A DNA stretch of 26,421 nt from a virus (IMGVR_UViG_3300006204_000001), one strand, 5' to 3'; counted from the first letter of the stretch, positions 1-9,382 are shown. Made by a program: numbers and translations. Notes: a model not told the origin generated them from the sequence alone.

Positions 1-2277
1 CTTAGAAAAATTTCAGCTGTATACTTAATAGGTGATGCTGGAATATCAGATAAGAATTTTGGTAATTGGGGATTAAGACCTGGAACCAATGAACCAGTAT
101 GTCTAGATTTTGCATATGTATATGAAGTATCATCTAGATTATTTGTTTGCCCTGAATGTAAAGTAGGGGCAATGTTAGTACCGGATAATGATTTTAAAGA
201 TCTTTATTGTTCTAATAAAGCATGTGGTAAAAAGAAATTATTTGAAGACATTAGAGCAAAAATTGGTAATGATATTCATAATCATGAGATTGGTGATCTT
301 TCTGAAGAAGGATATAAATTAACAGAATCCTTTACAGAAACAGAATTGACATTAGAAAGATCTAATTATCTTGTAAAGAAGCTTAAAAAAGAAAAAGATG
401 AATATGATGAAAATATTAATCATATTACTGATGAAGAATCAGAGAAAGAATCCATTATAATTAAGGAGGAAGAAATTATGGATAACAAATTTATTACAAA
501 TGTAACAGTAACAGCGGCAAATGCAGCAAAGAGAAATCCTAATTTATTTAAACTTAAGGATAGACCAAATCCAAAAGTAGTTGCTCAAGTAAAAACTGAA
601 AATGAACATTTAGATACAATTGATAATGAAGCAGAAGAAACTCAGGAAGAATTAGCTGAAGAAGCTATTGAAGAAACAAAAAAGCCTGAAGCTAAAGTTG
701 CTTTTTCCGGATCATTTAATGATTTCGTTTCAAATGTAGAAGTTAAGGTTTCAACTCCAGCTAATAAAGGAGTAAAGAAAACGGTTGAACCAAATAAAGA
801 AGACACTTCAGAATGGATTCCAATTGAAGATCGGTTCTATGATTCATTTGTGGATAATGCACATAAAGCAGTATCATTGTTAGCTAATCGTATTACATTT
901 GATTTGAAAAATATTCAAATATTTGATAAAGTTAAAACAACAATGAAGAGAAATATGTATCCAGAGACATTTTACAATAATATCCAAAATTGTGTATTTT
1001 TGTCTTTGGTAGATTATCTTAACTTCATAGAAACTGAGGTTCCAAAGAAGGATTCAAATGAAAAAGCAATTATCTTTATTCCACCGATTGAAGCAGGTTC
1101 TGATAATTTTGATCACAATACAATGATGTTTATTCAACGTATATATTTAGATAAGGAATTATCAAATGAAAAAAATCCTGAAAAGATTGTGGATTTAGCT
1201 GATGATCTGTATGGTGATGCGGCTACATTCATTAATTCAGAATGGTTATTTGTTCTTGAAGATAAACTGAAGAGAAAAATGAAACTTACTGTAGCAGGAG
1301 CTAAAATAGTAACTGATAGAATTGATGAAATATGGTGTGATAGTTTTATTGATGAAAATACTTCTATGAATCTATCTGAAGAAGCTAATGATGATAATTC
1401 ATTTGAAGATACAGTTACAGTGAATCCTGAAAATACTTATGAAGATATTTATGGTAACCAAGATGAAGAAGGTGAAGAATATGTAGATGCAGATGAAGTT
1501 GTTAATGAAGATGAAATGACAACTATCGACATATATCCTGAAGATGATGTTGATATTATTAAATTATATTCTGTGGATGCTTTTGGTGAAACCAATATTC
1601 CTATTTATATAAGATTAGCTGAAATCGATATTGAGGAATCAAAACAATATAATACTTTTGAGGATAATGGATATTGGGATTGGTTAATTCATATAGTTCC
1701 AGATATAATGTTTAGAACAAAAAATCCTCAGAAGTGGTTAGAAATTAATAATGAAGAATATGAAGAAGATGATTCCCAAGTTCATACTGCTATAATGCAG
1801 AAATGTAAATCATTAACTGACGGAAAAGATGAATATGTTATGGGGTTATTTAACCTTAAAGGTATTTATCTTGTGGATGATGATTATAATAGAGAATTTA
1901 TAATGGATCCTATTCTTCTTGAACAGCTTAATGCAGCAATTAATACTGCTTTAAGTGGAACAATCATGTCCCATAGACATAGATCATTAAGAATGACACA
2001 ATTAATATATGATGAATCATATATAAAGATGATGTTAAATAATAATGAATCTAATGAAGATGATACAGAATCAAATACAGATGAAGAATCTCCAATTAAT
2101 GATGAGACACAAGATGATTCTACTAAGAAAGAAGGAAATCCAGAAACACCTGAGGAAACAGTAACTAAAGAAGAAAGTGAAACTGTAATTACTGAGGAAA
2201 CAGTAGAAGAACCAAAAGAAGAAATACAACAGACAACTTCTTCGGCAATGAAGCCTGTAAGAAGAAAAAGATCATAA
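1..2277 (+). CDS. 5'-truncated protein: kinase-like C-lobe + C4 Zn ribbon + long acidic region
   Basis: Frame 1 is open from base 1: LRKISAVYLIGDAGISDKNFGNWGLRPGTNEPVCLDFAYVYEVSSRLFVCPECKVGAM. The track's ATG at 172 falls inside the CPEC...CSNKAC motif, so it is internal. GD..N and LDFA resemble the kinase catalytic loop and DFG motif. Confidence 0.7.
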   Translation, partial: LRKISAVYLIGDAGISDKNFGNWGLRPGTNEPVCLDFAYVYEVSSRLFVCPECKVGAMLVPDNDFKDLYCSNKACGKKKLFEDIRAKIGNDIHNHEIGDLSEEGYKLTESFTETELTLERSNYLVKKLKKEKDEYDENINHITDEESEKESIIIKEEEIMDNKFITNVTVTAANAAKRNPNLFKLKDRPNPKVVAQVKTENEHLDTIDNEAEETQEELAEEAIEETKKPEAKVAFSGSFNDFVSNVEVKVSTPANKGVKKTVEPNKEDTSEWIPIEDRFYDSFVDNAHKAVSLLANRITFDLKNIQIFDKVKTTMKRNMYPETFYNNIQNCVFLSLVDYLNFIETEVPKKDSNEKAIIFIPPIEAGSDNFDHNTMMFIQRIYLDKELSNEKNPEKIVDLADDLYGDAATFINSEWLFVLEDKLKRKMKLTVAGAKIVTDRIDEIWCDSFIDENTSMNLSEEANDDNSFEDTVTVNPENTYEDIYGNQDEEGEEYVDADEVVNEDEMTTIDIYPEDDVDIIKLYSVDAFGETNIPIYIRLAEIDIEESKQYNTFEDNGYWDWLIHIVPDIMFRTKNPQKWLEINNEEYEEDDSQVHTAIMQKCKSLTDGKDEYVMGLFNLKGIYLVDDDYNREFIMDPILLEQLNAAINTALSGTIMSHRHRSLRMTQLIYDESYIKMMLNNNESNEDDTESNTDEESPINDETQDDSTKKEGNPETPEETVTKEESETVITEETVEEPKEEIQQTTSSAMKPVRRKRS

Positions 2278-2293
2278 TTAAAATAAAAATATT

Positions 2294-2326
2294 ATAGGGG
2301 ATTTAATATCCCCTATTTTATTTTTT
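2294..2326 (+). terminator. Intrinsic terminator
   Basis: ATAGGGGAT/ATCCCCTAT stem followed by a T-rich tract. Confidence 0.8.
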
Positions 2327-2346
2327 AATGAAAGGAGATAATTTTA

Positions 2347-3036
2347 TTGATATACAGAATAGATTATCAACATTTTCTTACCCATATGATAGATCATTTT
2401 ACATTTGATGAAATATTATCAATACAATATTGTCTGATAAGCGTTAAGGTATCTAATACATCAAAATTATTAACTGTTAATAAATGTGGACACTTTTTTC
2501 CAACAACAGATATGATCTTATGCTATGAAGAAACTAAAAATAAAGAAATATTAGAAGAAATGTATATGGATTTATTATTGCCTAAAGATAATAAACTTAA
2601 AAAACAATCTGGAGCAAATTCTTTATATACAACTTTTATTAATCCTCTATTACATCATGTTGATATTTGTATTGTATGTGATGAAGTAGAAAATGATTAT
2701 ATTGATTGCTTCTGTAATATATTACAAAAAGAATATGCTATTGAAGTTATTAATCTCAATGAATTATTTAAGAAGGGATTTATACACCCAATAACTATAA
2801 ATAGAGAAAAAATATGGGATAAAGCAGTTGATATAAGAAAATTAGCAGGTAATAGACAAATAGATGAATTAAAAGCAACATATGATGGCAGAATGAGATT
2901 ATTAAATGTTATTATGGATAAAAAGTCTAAATTACATGCATTAAAAGAATTAGGTATAGATGTAGATAAAAATACAAAAGAAAAAGAATTAAATCAGCTT
3001 CTCATAGAAGCTTGGGAATTAGAAATAGAACAATAG
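2347..3036 (+). CDS. Hypothetical protein, 229 aa
   Basis: TTG start with AAGGAG RBS about 9 nt upstream; no motif recognised. Confidence 0.8.
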   Translation: MIYRIDYQHFLTHMIDHFTFDEILSIQYCLISVKVSNTSKLLTVNKCGHFFPTTDMILCYEETKNKEILEEMYMDLLLPKDNKLKKQSGANSLYTTFINPLLHHVDICIVCDEVENDYIDCFCNILQKEYAIEVINLNELFKKGFIHPITINREKIWDKAVDIRKLAGNRQIDELKATYDGRMRLLNVIMDKKSKLHALKELGIDVDKNTKEKELNQLLIEAWELEIEQ

Positions 3037-3058
3037 GATGGTATGATACCATCCTATT
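3032..3058. terminator. Bidirectional terminator between convergent genes
   Basis: AATAGGATGGTAT/ATACCATCCTATT 13-bp inverted repeat. Confidence 0.75.
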
Positions 3059-3100
3059 TATATTTATAATAAAAATAAATAATATTTAAATTTAATACTT

Positions 3101-3883
3101 TTATATTTTTAATATTTTATTAACTGCAACCTCATTACAAGTAAAAGTACCATTTCCTACTGAGTATAATACATCTGCACCAATTACTCTATATCTTAAT
3201 CCATAAATTAATCTATTATCACTAAATCCACTATTTATCCATATTTCTACTGTAGGACCAGGATCAAAGTTATCAATAAATGTTCTTACAAAAGGCCCCC
3301 AAGCAGAACCTGAAACTTTACATTCAAATCTATTTTCCCATCCATTAGTTGTATGAGCTTCTATTCTTATTTGAGCTTTACATCCTGAAGGAGATAGATC
3401 AAAATATATATCATATGGACACCATGGTACATATTTAGCCGGTATTCCAATAGATCCTTCAAATATTTCAATAGTTTCATAATGGTTTATAACAAAATTA
3501 CATTTTGAATCATGATCACCAAATAAATTATAATTCATATCCCGATAACCTCTATATAGTTTTAACCACATCATTTTATAATCAATTTCTGATGGATAAA
3601 CAGTAGATATATTTTGTTTATTTGATAATAAACTATTTACTTCGCTTTCTGTATAATATCTATCATCATGATTATGTGTAGTTAATGAATAATTACTATG
3701 AGTATGATTAGTTTTACTATATACACTATCATGATTATGTGTAGTTAATGAATAATTACTATGAGTATGATTAGTTTTACTATATACACTATCATGGTTA
3801 TGGTTAATATTTGCTTTATTTTTTAATTCATTCTTTGTTAATCTTATTAATTCTTTTATACCATTATCCTTTAATTGTTTCAT
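3101..3883 (-). CDS. HxH-repeat, tail-fibre-like protein, copy A (260 aa)
   Basis: GGAGG RBS. N-terminal HNHD/HTH repeats and HNHDDRYYTESEVNSLL resemble Firmicute phage fibre motifs. N-terminus is shared with 24047..24706. Confidence 0.65.
   Translation of the reverse strand: MKQLKDNGIKELIRLTKNELKNKANINHNHDSVYSKTNHTHSNYSLTTHNHDSVYSKTNHTHSNYSLTTHNHDDRYYTESEVNSLLSNKQNISTVYPSEIDYKMMWLKLYRGYRDMNYNLFGDHDSKCNFVINHYETIEIFEGSIGIPAKYVPWCPYDIYFDLSPSGCKAQIRIEAHTTNGWENRFECKVSGSAWGPFVRTFIDNFDPGPTVEIWINSGFSDNRLIYGLRYRVIGADVLYSVGNGTFTCNEVAVNKILKI
3665..3796. repeat. 63-bp perfect tandem repeat (2 copies plus a partial) encoding 21-aa NHDSVYSKTNHTHSNYSLTTH
   Basis: Units start at 3665, 3728 and 3791. Confidence 0.95.
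3695..3883. repeat. 189-bp dispersed direct repeat, copy 1 (partner 24518..24706)
   Basis: Manual alignment: 91 bp identical, then 7 mismatches in 98 bp. Confidence 0.92.
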
Positions 3884-3903
3884 ATTATTATACCTCCAAT
3901 ATA

Positions 3904-3946
3904 CTAAATAATTACTATATTTATAATAAATATAGTAATTATTTAG
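3904..3946. promoter_or_regulatory. Perfect 20-bp inverted repeat upstream of HxH copy A
   Basis: CTAAATAATTACTATATTTA-TAA-TAAATATAGTAATTATTTAG; function unknown. Confidence 0.6.
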
Positions 3947-3956
3947 ATTTATAATT

Positions 3957-3987
3957 TATAGGGAATAAAATCCCTATATATTTTTTT
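3957..3987 (+). terminator. Intrinsic terminator between divergent genes
   Basis: TATAGGGA/TCCCTATA stem followed by a T-tract. Confidence 0.7.
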
Positions 3988-4008
3988 ATCTTATTTCGTC
4001 CTAGTAGA

Positions 4009-4020
4009 AACAGAAGCATA
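4009..4020 (+). promoter_or_regulatory. Candidate late promoter AACA-N6-TA
   Basis: AACAGAAGCATA matches the AR9 late-promoter pattern as I recall it and lies upstream of the head block. Confidence 0.45.
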
Positions 4021-4076
4021 AGAATCATACAGGTATATGTATTCAAAAAATTATTTTAGAAAAGGAGAGATAAAAT

Positions 4077-5846
4077 ATGTTTACGTTTGGAGATACAAAA
4101 AATGATATTCTCTTAACTGAAGGAATTATGGATAATGTATTAAATACTGCTGGTGATGCAGTAGGTGTTGATACAAATAAGTTCAAAAAAGCTTGGAATG
4201 ATGCAGCAGATCCTGACATTCATCCTAATAAAGTAAGTGATTCTGAAGTTACTCATAGAAGAATGAAGTTAATGAATAAGGCAGGTAATACTGCAGTAAA
4301 TAAAATTGATAAAACTACTTCTGACATAAGTAAGCTTACAGATAATAGATCACTTGTAGCAAGAGCTAAAAATTCTATTATGATGTTCTCTTGTTATATT
4401 TCACAGTCAACACCAGTAAATGTTGCACAAATTGAATCAGAATTATTTGCTAGAGTATATACATCTTTAGTACAATCAGTATTATCTCAAAATCAAATAT
4501 TGGATGAATCTGAGGCACATAATATGTCATTTTTAAAGAATTATCATACCAATTTGAGAGAAGCTGTTGATGTATTTGTAAATCAATTTTATGAGCCTAT
4601 TGATAATATCGATGAAATGATTTGTGAATCTGTATTTCTTGAACAAAAGATTACAAATAATCTTAGTGTTACATTTAGTGCTATTCCGAGAAATAATGAA
4701 ATTATTAATATGGAAAGTGCTATATTTGTACAAGATCCTATAATAGGTTTTGAATCTTTATATGCAGAAGCAGAAGAAATACAATCTGAAAATAAAGATA
4801 ATTTCTATACATTATCAGATAATGATTTTAGAGATATGGCTATGAATCAACTTAATATGACATCATCAGATAGAAAATTAGCCGATATGTCTGAAATTGA
4901 TTTAATTAATAGATATGGCGATTATGATAGCAGGTCTGGTAAGAATGTTCCAAATGGTAGTGAGTATAGTGATGCAATAGATGCAAGGAATGATCTTAAT
5001 AATCAGATTGATAATAAAATAGCTGATATTAAAGATGCTATTAAGAGTGGAGAAGATAAAAATTATAGTATGTATAAATATGTAAATGGAAGATTCGCTA
5101 GATGTGATAGATCTGCAACCGTTAAAAATATTAGTAAGCGAGTAGATGCTCCTATTATTTTGAGAGATCATGATATTAAAAAGATCAATGCTATGGCTCC
5201 ATATACAATTAAAGCTCAATTCAAATTAAGAGATAATAAGGGAAATATTACTGGTGAAGTAGAATATGTAATAGGAGTAAAATGTATATTACATCTTATT
5301 CGTACCGAAGATTTAGTAGATGATCTACCAGAGCTCGTTACAGGTAAGATTAAGAAATTACAAAAAGTAAGATACAAAACAGGTGAAATTACATTCTTCG
5401 ATTATTTATTTAATAAAAAAGGATTAAAATCTGATGCAGCTAAGAGAATTAATCATAATAAGAGATGGATAAATAATCTTAAGAGATTATCTGAATATAG
5501 ACAAGCTCATGGTGGGTTTTTAAAGAAACCTATAGAAGATATAACAAGTGGTCATGTTCCCATTCCTAATGGAACACTTATACTTACTCAATCCGATGTA
5601 TCTACATTAACATCCACTACAGGTATTGATCTAAGTGAATCTTCTAATGCTATTAAATTAGCAAAGAATTTATTTTTAATGGCAGTTGTAATTATTGATA
5701 GTTCTGCAGGTACAATGAGAGTTCTGTTTCCTGATGAATCATCATCATGGAATGTTTATTCGTTATCATCAATTGAAGCTGATTTAGCTAAGACTGATAA
5801 TAATAAACTTATGCAGGAATTAAATAGAGTAGTAAATACAAGATAG
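4077..5846 (+). CDS. Probable virion head/inner-body protein, 589 aa
   Basis: Sits in an operon with the prohead protease; hydrophobic-X-E|small motifs (LTE|G, LRE|A, ICE|S, YAE|A). Confidence 0.6.
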   Translation: MFTFGDTKNDILLTEGIMDNVLNTAGDAVGVDTNKFKKAWNDAADPDIHPNKVSDSEVTHRRMKLMNKAGNTAVNKIDKTTSDISKLTDNRSLVARAKNSIMMFSCYISQSTPVNVAQIESELFARVYTSLVQSVLSQNQILDESEAHNMSFLKNYHTNLREAVDVFVNQFYEPIDNIDEMICESVFLEQKITNNLSVTFSAIPRNNEIINMESAIFVQDPIIGFESLYAEAEEIQSENKDNFYTLSDNDFRDMAMNQLNMTSSDRKLADMSEIDLINRYGDYDSRSGKNVPNGSEYSDAIDARNDLNNQIDNKIADIKDAIKSGEDKNYSMYKYVNGRFARCDRSATVKNISKRVDAPIILRDHDIKKINAMAPYTIKAQFKLRDNKGNITGEVEYVIGVKCILHLIRTEDLVDDLPELVTGKIKKLQKVRYKTGEITFFDYLFNKKGLKSDAAKRINHNKRWINNLKRLSEYRQAHGGFLKKPIEDITSGHVPIPNGTLILTQSDVSTLTSTTGIDLSESSNAIKLAKNLFLMAVVIIDSSAGTMRVLFPDESSSWNVYSLSSIEADLAKTDNNKLMQELNRVVNTR

Positions 5847-5860
5847 GAGGATATAATATA

Positions 5861-7027
5861 ATGAATCAGTATAGTATATGTAATAATTATCTTGAGATTG
5901 TTGCAGGTACGGGTAATAAAACTCATCCTAAATATGTAACAGAAGCAAAATCTATTGCTTCTAGTGGAACAGAGGGTCTTGGAAAATTAAAAAACTTTAT
6001 TACATCGATAGAAAAGATTTCTTCTTCTAGTGCCTGTAAGGATTCAAGAATTTCAGAATCAAAAGGTAATATTAAAAACTTTTCAGGATATGAAAATATC
6101 ACTACTGCAATGACATTTTTAAAGAGTAATTTATCTGGTGTAAATTTAATGAAAGATCTTATATCATTATATGATAATTTGATTAAATACCAACCATTAT
6201 ATTCCGATGGATATACAAAAGGAGTTAGACTTGTAATACTTGAATATGAAAGTGCAGTATATATGTTAGTAACAGGTTTATCTATGGCTATGGCTAATAA
6301 TATAGATGTAGTATCTACTGGTACTAAAGTAAAGATTGTTAAAAAATCTTCTGATACACATGGTACTATATCAACTGTAATATCTGATCTTGTTAAGCAA
6401 TTAAATAAATCAGAGCATAAAACATATCTTGAGAATATGGTAAAGGCAAGAGATAATGTTAAAATCGATACAAGTAAAATTGATAAAAAGGAAGAAAATA
6501 AGGATGATAAAGAAATTAAAGAATCATATATGGTTGAATCTCTTGTATCAGATACTCTTGAATTAATTAATACTGGTATAAGTTTAGTTGGTTCTGGTGT
6601 TAGATTTGTAGGAACAGCTACTCGTGCGGTTAAAGATTCTATTTTTGGTATTGTACCATTAATAAGATCTGTAATGTATCTTAAATATAAAAAGAAAGCA
6701 GATACTATATTAGCATTAGAACAACAAGTTCAATTCATTCAGCAAAATATTAATCAACTTGAGAATAGGAGTAATATTGATCCTAAAAAGAAAGAGCATA
6801 TTATAAAAAAACAACAGGCTCATATTGATGCATATAAGAAGAGAGCAGAGAAATTAAGAGCAGAATTAATGGAAACCGAAAAAGATGCTTCTAATGCTAT
6901 AAAGAATGATAATCCAAATATGTCTAAAGAAGATACTCCCAATAAAGATGATGATTTTGTATTAGAAGGAAAAACTATTAAAGAAATATTTACAGAAAAT
7001 GAGGTAAATAGCAACACTCTTTCATGA
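5861..7027 (+). CDS. Probable virion head protein, 388 aa
   Basis: RBS overlaps the upstream TAG; IKE|S, MVE|S and VLE|G motifs; C-terminal coiled-coil-like segment. Confidence 0.6.
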   Translation: MNQYSICNNYLEIVAGTGNKTHPKYVTEAKSIASSGTEGLGKLKNFITSIEKISSSSACKDSRISESKGNIKNFSGYENITTAMTFLKSNLSGVNLMKDLISLYDNLIKYQPLYSDGYTKGVRLVILEYESAVYMLVTGLSMAMANNIDVVSTGTKVKIVKKSSDTHGTISTVISDLVKQLNKSEHKTYLENMVKARDNVKIDTSKIDKKEENKDDKEIKESYMVESLVSDTLELINTGISLVGSGVRFVGTATRAVKDSIFGIVPLIRSVMYLKYKKKADTILALEQQVQFIQQNINQLENRSNIDPKKKEHIIKKQQAHIDAYKKRAEKLRAELMETEKDASNAIKNDNPNMSKEDTPNKDDDFVLEGKTIKEIFTENEVNSNTLS

Positions 7028-7061
7028 AGCCACTAATTATTCTGATATAAAAGATGATATT

Positions 7062-8492
7062 ATGAAAAAATATATACCTAATATTTATCAAAAATCAATA
7101 TATACAATTGACTATGATAAGTTGAAAAAGAAAGGTATAAAATTATTATCATTTGATATTGATGAAACTATTAGTGGCGATAGAGAAAAAGAACCACCTA
7201 AACCAGCTATTACATTATTTGAAGACTTAAAGAAGAAAGGATTTAAAATTATTTTATTCACAAATGCTAGTGAAATTAGAGCAAGAAAATTTGCTACATT
7301 ACTAGATGTTCCATTCTATTGTGAATGTAAAAAACCTTTAGGAACTAACTTCAATAAAGCTTTAAAGAAATATAATCTTAAACCATCACAAATGTGTCAT
7401 ATTGGTAATAATAGATTCGATGATGTAGCTGGAGGTAATTCACTAGGTATTATAACATGCTTAGTTAATAATGTATCAGGTAAAGTTGATAATCCTGAAG
7501 AGATAAAGTTGGTGAATGAATTACGGAGAAGAAAATTGATAACTAAAAATAAATTCTATCAGATAAATGAATCTGTAGATATGAATGTTGTTAATAAAAG
7601 AAAAGAAAATTCTATTAATAAATTTATTAATAGGATGGATAAATCAAATAATTTCTCATTTCCATGGAATAAAAACAAATCGACTATTAATAATGATTTA
7701 GAATTATATAAACCTAAATTAGATGCATTATATGATGAATTATTTGAAATTACTAAACAACAATCAATAGTTCTTAATTTCAGTTATGCTCAAATGACAG
7801 AACCTCCAAGTTTTAGAACTAGAACTAAACTTGGTGGTACGCCATATTGGCCTGCTGAAATGGCCCCATCCTATCCAAAAGATATGCTGTTATATGCTCA
7901 AATTAATTTTGCAGAATTACCAAATCTAAAAGGATATCCATCATCTGGTATTTTACAATTCTTTACTGATGGATGGTTGTGGGATGGAACAAATGATTAT
8001 TCAAGACATAAAACAATTTATCATCCAAATGTGTTTGAAAACATATTACAGTTTAATTATATACCAAAAACAACTATAACTGACAATGATGATGAAGCAC
8101 CATTTAAAGGTGTGATACCATTATTAGGATCAAAGATGGAATATCAATGTATCCAAATGGACGTTGAAGGTTTTGATAATGTAATATATCCATTAATTGA
8201 AAAACATCTTGGTATTAAGACTGATAGTATATATTATGGATTACCAAAAGGATGTTATAGTTATCTGTATAATAAAATAAATGCAACTGGATGGGGTAAT
8301 AGAATAGGTGGTTATCCTAACTTTACTCAATCTGATGCTACTGATGATAATTATAATACACTATTATTCCAAGTTGATAGTAATAAAGATATCTTATGGG
8401 GTGATGATGGTATATCTAATATCTTTATTAATGATAAAAAATTATTAAATAAAGATTTTAGTGATTGTCTATATACATGGGATTGTTATTAA
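7062..8492 (+). CDS. Fusion of YqeG-like HAD IIIA phosphatase and YwqG/DUF1963-like domain
   Basis: N-terminal SIYTIDYDKLKKKGIKLLSFDIDET, FTNA, KKP, IGNNRFDDVAGGNSLG. C-terminal TKLGGTPYWP, AQINFAELP, GILQFF, RIGGYPNFTQ, LLFQVDS, WGDDG, DFS..YTWDC. Confidence 0.85.
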   Translation: MKKYIPNIYQKSIYTIDYDKLKKKGIKLLSFDIDETISGDREKEPPKPAITLFEDLKKKGFKIILFTNASEIRARKFATLLDVPFYCECKKPLGTNFNKALKKYNLKPSQMCHIGNNRFDDVAGGNSLGIITCLVNNVSGKVDNPEEIKLVNELRRRKLITKNKFYQINESVDMNVVNKRKENSINKFINRMDKSNNFSFPWNKNKSTINNDLELYKPKLDALYDELFEITKQQSIVLNFSYAQMTEPPSFRTRTKLGGTPYWPAEMAPSYPKDMLLYAQINFAELPNLKGYPSSGILQFFTDGWLWDGTNDYSRHKTIYHPNVFENILQFNYIPKTTITDNDDEAPFKGVIPLLGSKMEYQCIQMDVEGFDNVIYPLIEKHLGIKTDSIYYGLPKGCYSYLYNKINATGWGNRIGGYPNFTQSDATDDNYNTLLFQVDSNKDILWGDDGISNIFINDKKLLNKDFSDCLYTWDCY

Positions 8493-8507
8493 GGAGGTGA
8501 AATCAAA

Positions 8508-9377
8508 TTGATTAATAAAAGTAAACTTGCAGATATGAATACATTTTGTTATATCCAGGAGCAAACTTCATCTGAAGAAGATTACACTAACTTTGGTTAT
8601 CAAGTTTATGATAAAGGTAATAGGTTTTATGTAACTTTTAAAGCTGTATTACAATCATTTGAAGTTAAGAATCGTAATGGTCGTGAATATGATCAAAACA
8701 ATGTATGGGATAAAATTGTTAATGATGAATATATTCAGGATCAATTACGTAAGAATTCTTGGATGGGTGAAATTGATCATCCAGCTCCAATTTATAAAGA
8801 TGATGAATTAACAGTACAAAGGATAGCTAATCCTGATCCAAAGTTAACATCACATTATATTAGATCTCCTAGATTAAATAGTAATCTTTTAGAAGCTAAT
8901 ATACAAACAGACTCAGGTACAGAAGCAGGAATGAATTTTGCTATTAAAATAGTAGATGGTAAAATTATTCCATGTTTCTCTGCTAGAGTATTAGGTTCAG
9001 CTAAAACTGTAGGTGGAAGACTTGTAGTATGGGTAAATAAATTAGTTACATATGATTGGGTATTTTATCCTAGTCATAAAGAAGCTGAAGCTAGAATTAA
9101 CCAACCTAGAATGGAAGCTGTAGATGACTTTACTAAATTTACAGGATGTAAAGTAATTTATTTTCCTGAACTTGCAAGAATGGCAGCAAATAATTCTAGA
9201 GAAACAGAATATTTATGTGAATCATTTGGTCTTACAATAGATGATGTAATAGGTATTACAGAATCGGGTAATTCAATTGTTATACAAGAGAATTCAAATA
9301 TATATGCTCAACCTATTATGGATTCTACTATTAAGAATAAAACACAAAAGATGATGAAAGATTGGTTACATAGATAA
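8508..9377 (+). CDS. Prohead core protease (T4 gp21-like)
   Basis: NRNGREY, GEIDHP, FSARVLG and TYDWVFYPSH motifs; TTG start with AAGGAGGTG RBS. Confidence 0.88.
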   Translation: MINKSKLADMNTFCYIQEQTSSEEDYTNFGYQVYDKGNRFYVTFKAVLQSFEVKNRNGREYDQNNVWDKIVNDEYIQDQLRKNSWMGEIDHPAPIYKDDELTVQRIANPDPKLTSHYIRSPRLNSNLLEANIQTDSGTEAGMNFAIKIVDGKIIPCFSARVLGSAKTVGGRLVVWVNKLVTYDWVFYPSHKEAEARINQPRMEAVDDFTKFTGCKVIYFPELARMAANNSRETEYLCESFGLTIDDVIGITESGNSIVIQENSNIYAQPIMDSTIKNKTQKMMKDWLHR

Positions 9378-9382
9378 TATAT

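Noticed and set aside
172-174. ATG 172 as the true start
   Set aside because: The frame is open to base 1 with conserved motifs, and this Met lies inside a Zn-ribbon motif
3665-3796. CRISPR array
   Set aside because: Contiguous in-frame coding repeats with no spacers
4533-7017. Antisense ORFs 4533..4733, 4902..5219 and 6820..7017
   Set aside because: Shadows of long, well-supported plus-strand genes, with I/F/S-rich reverse-frame composition
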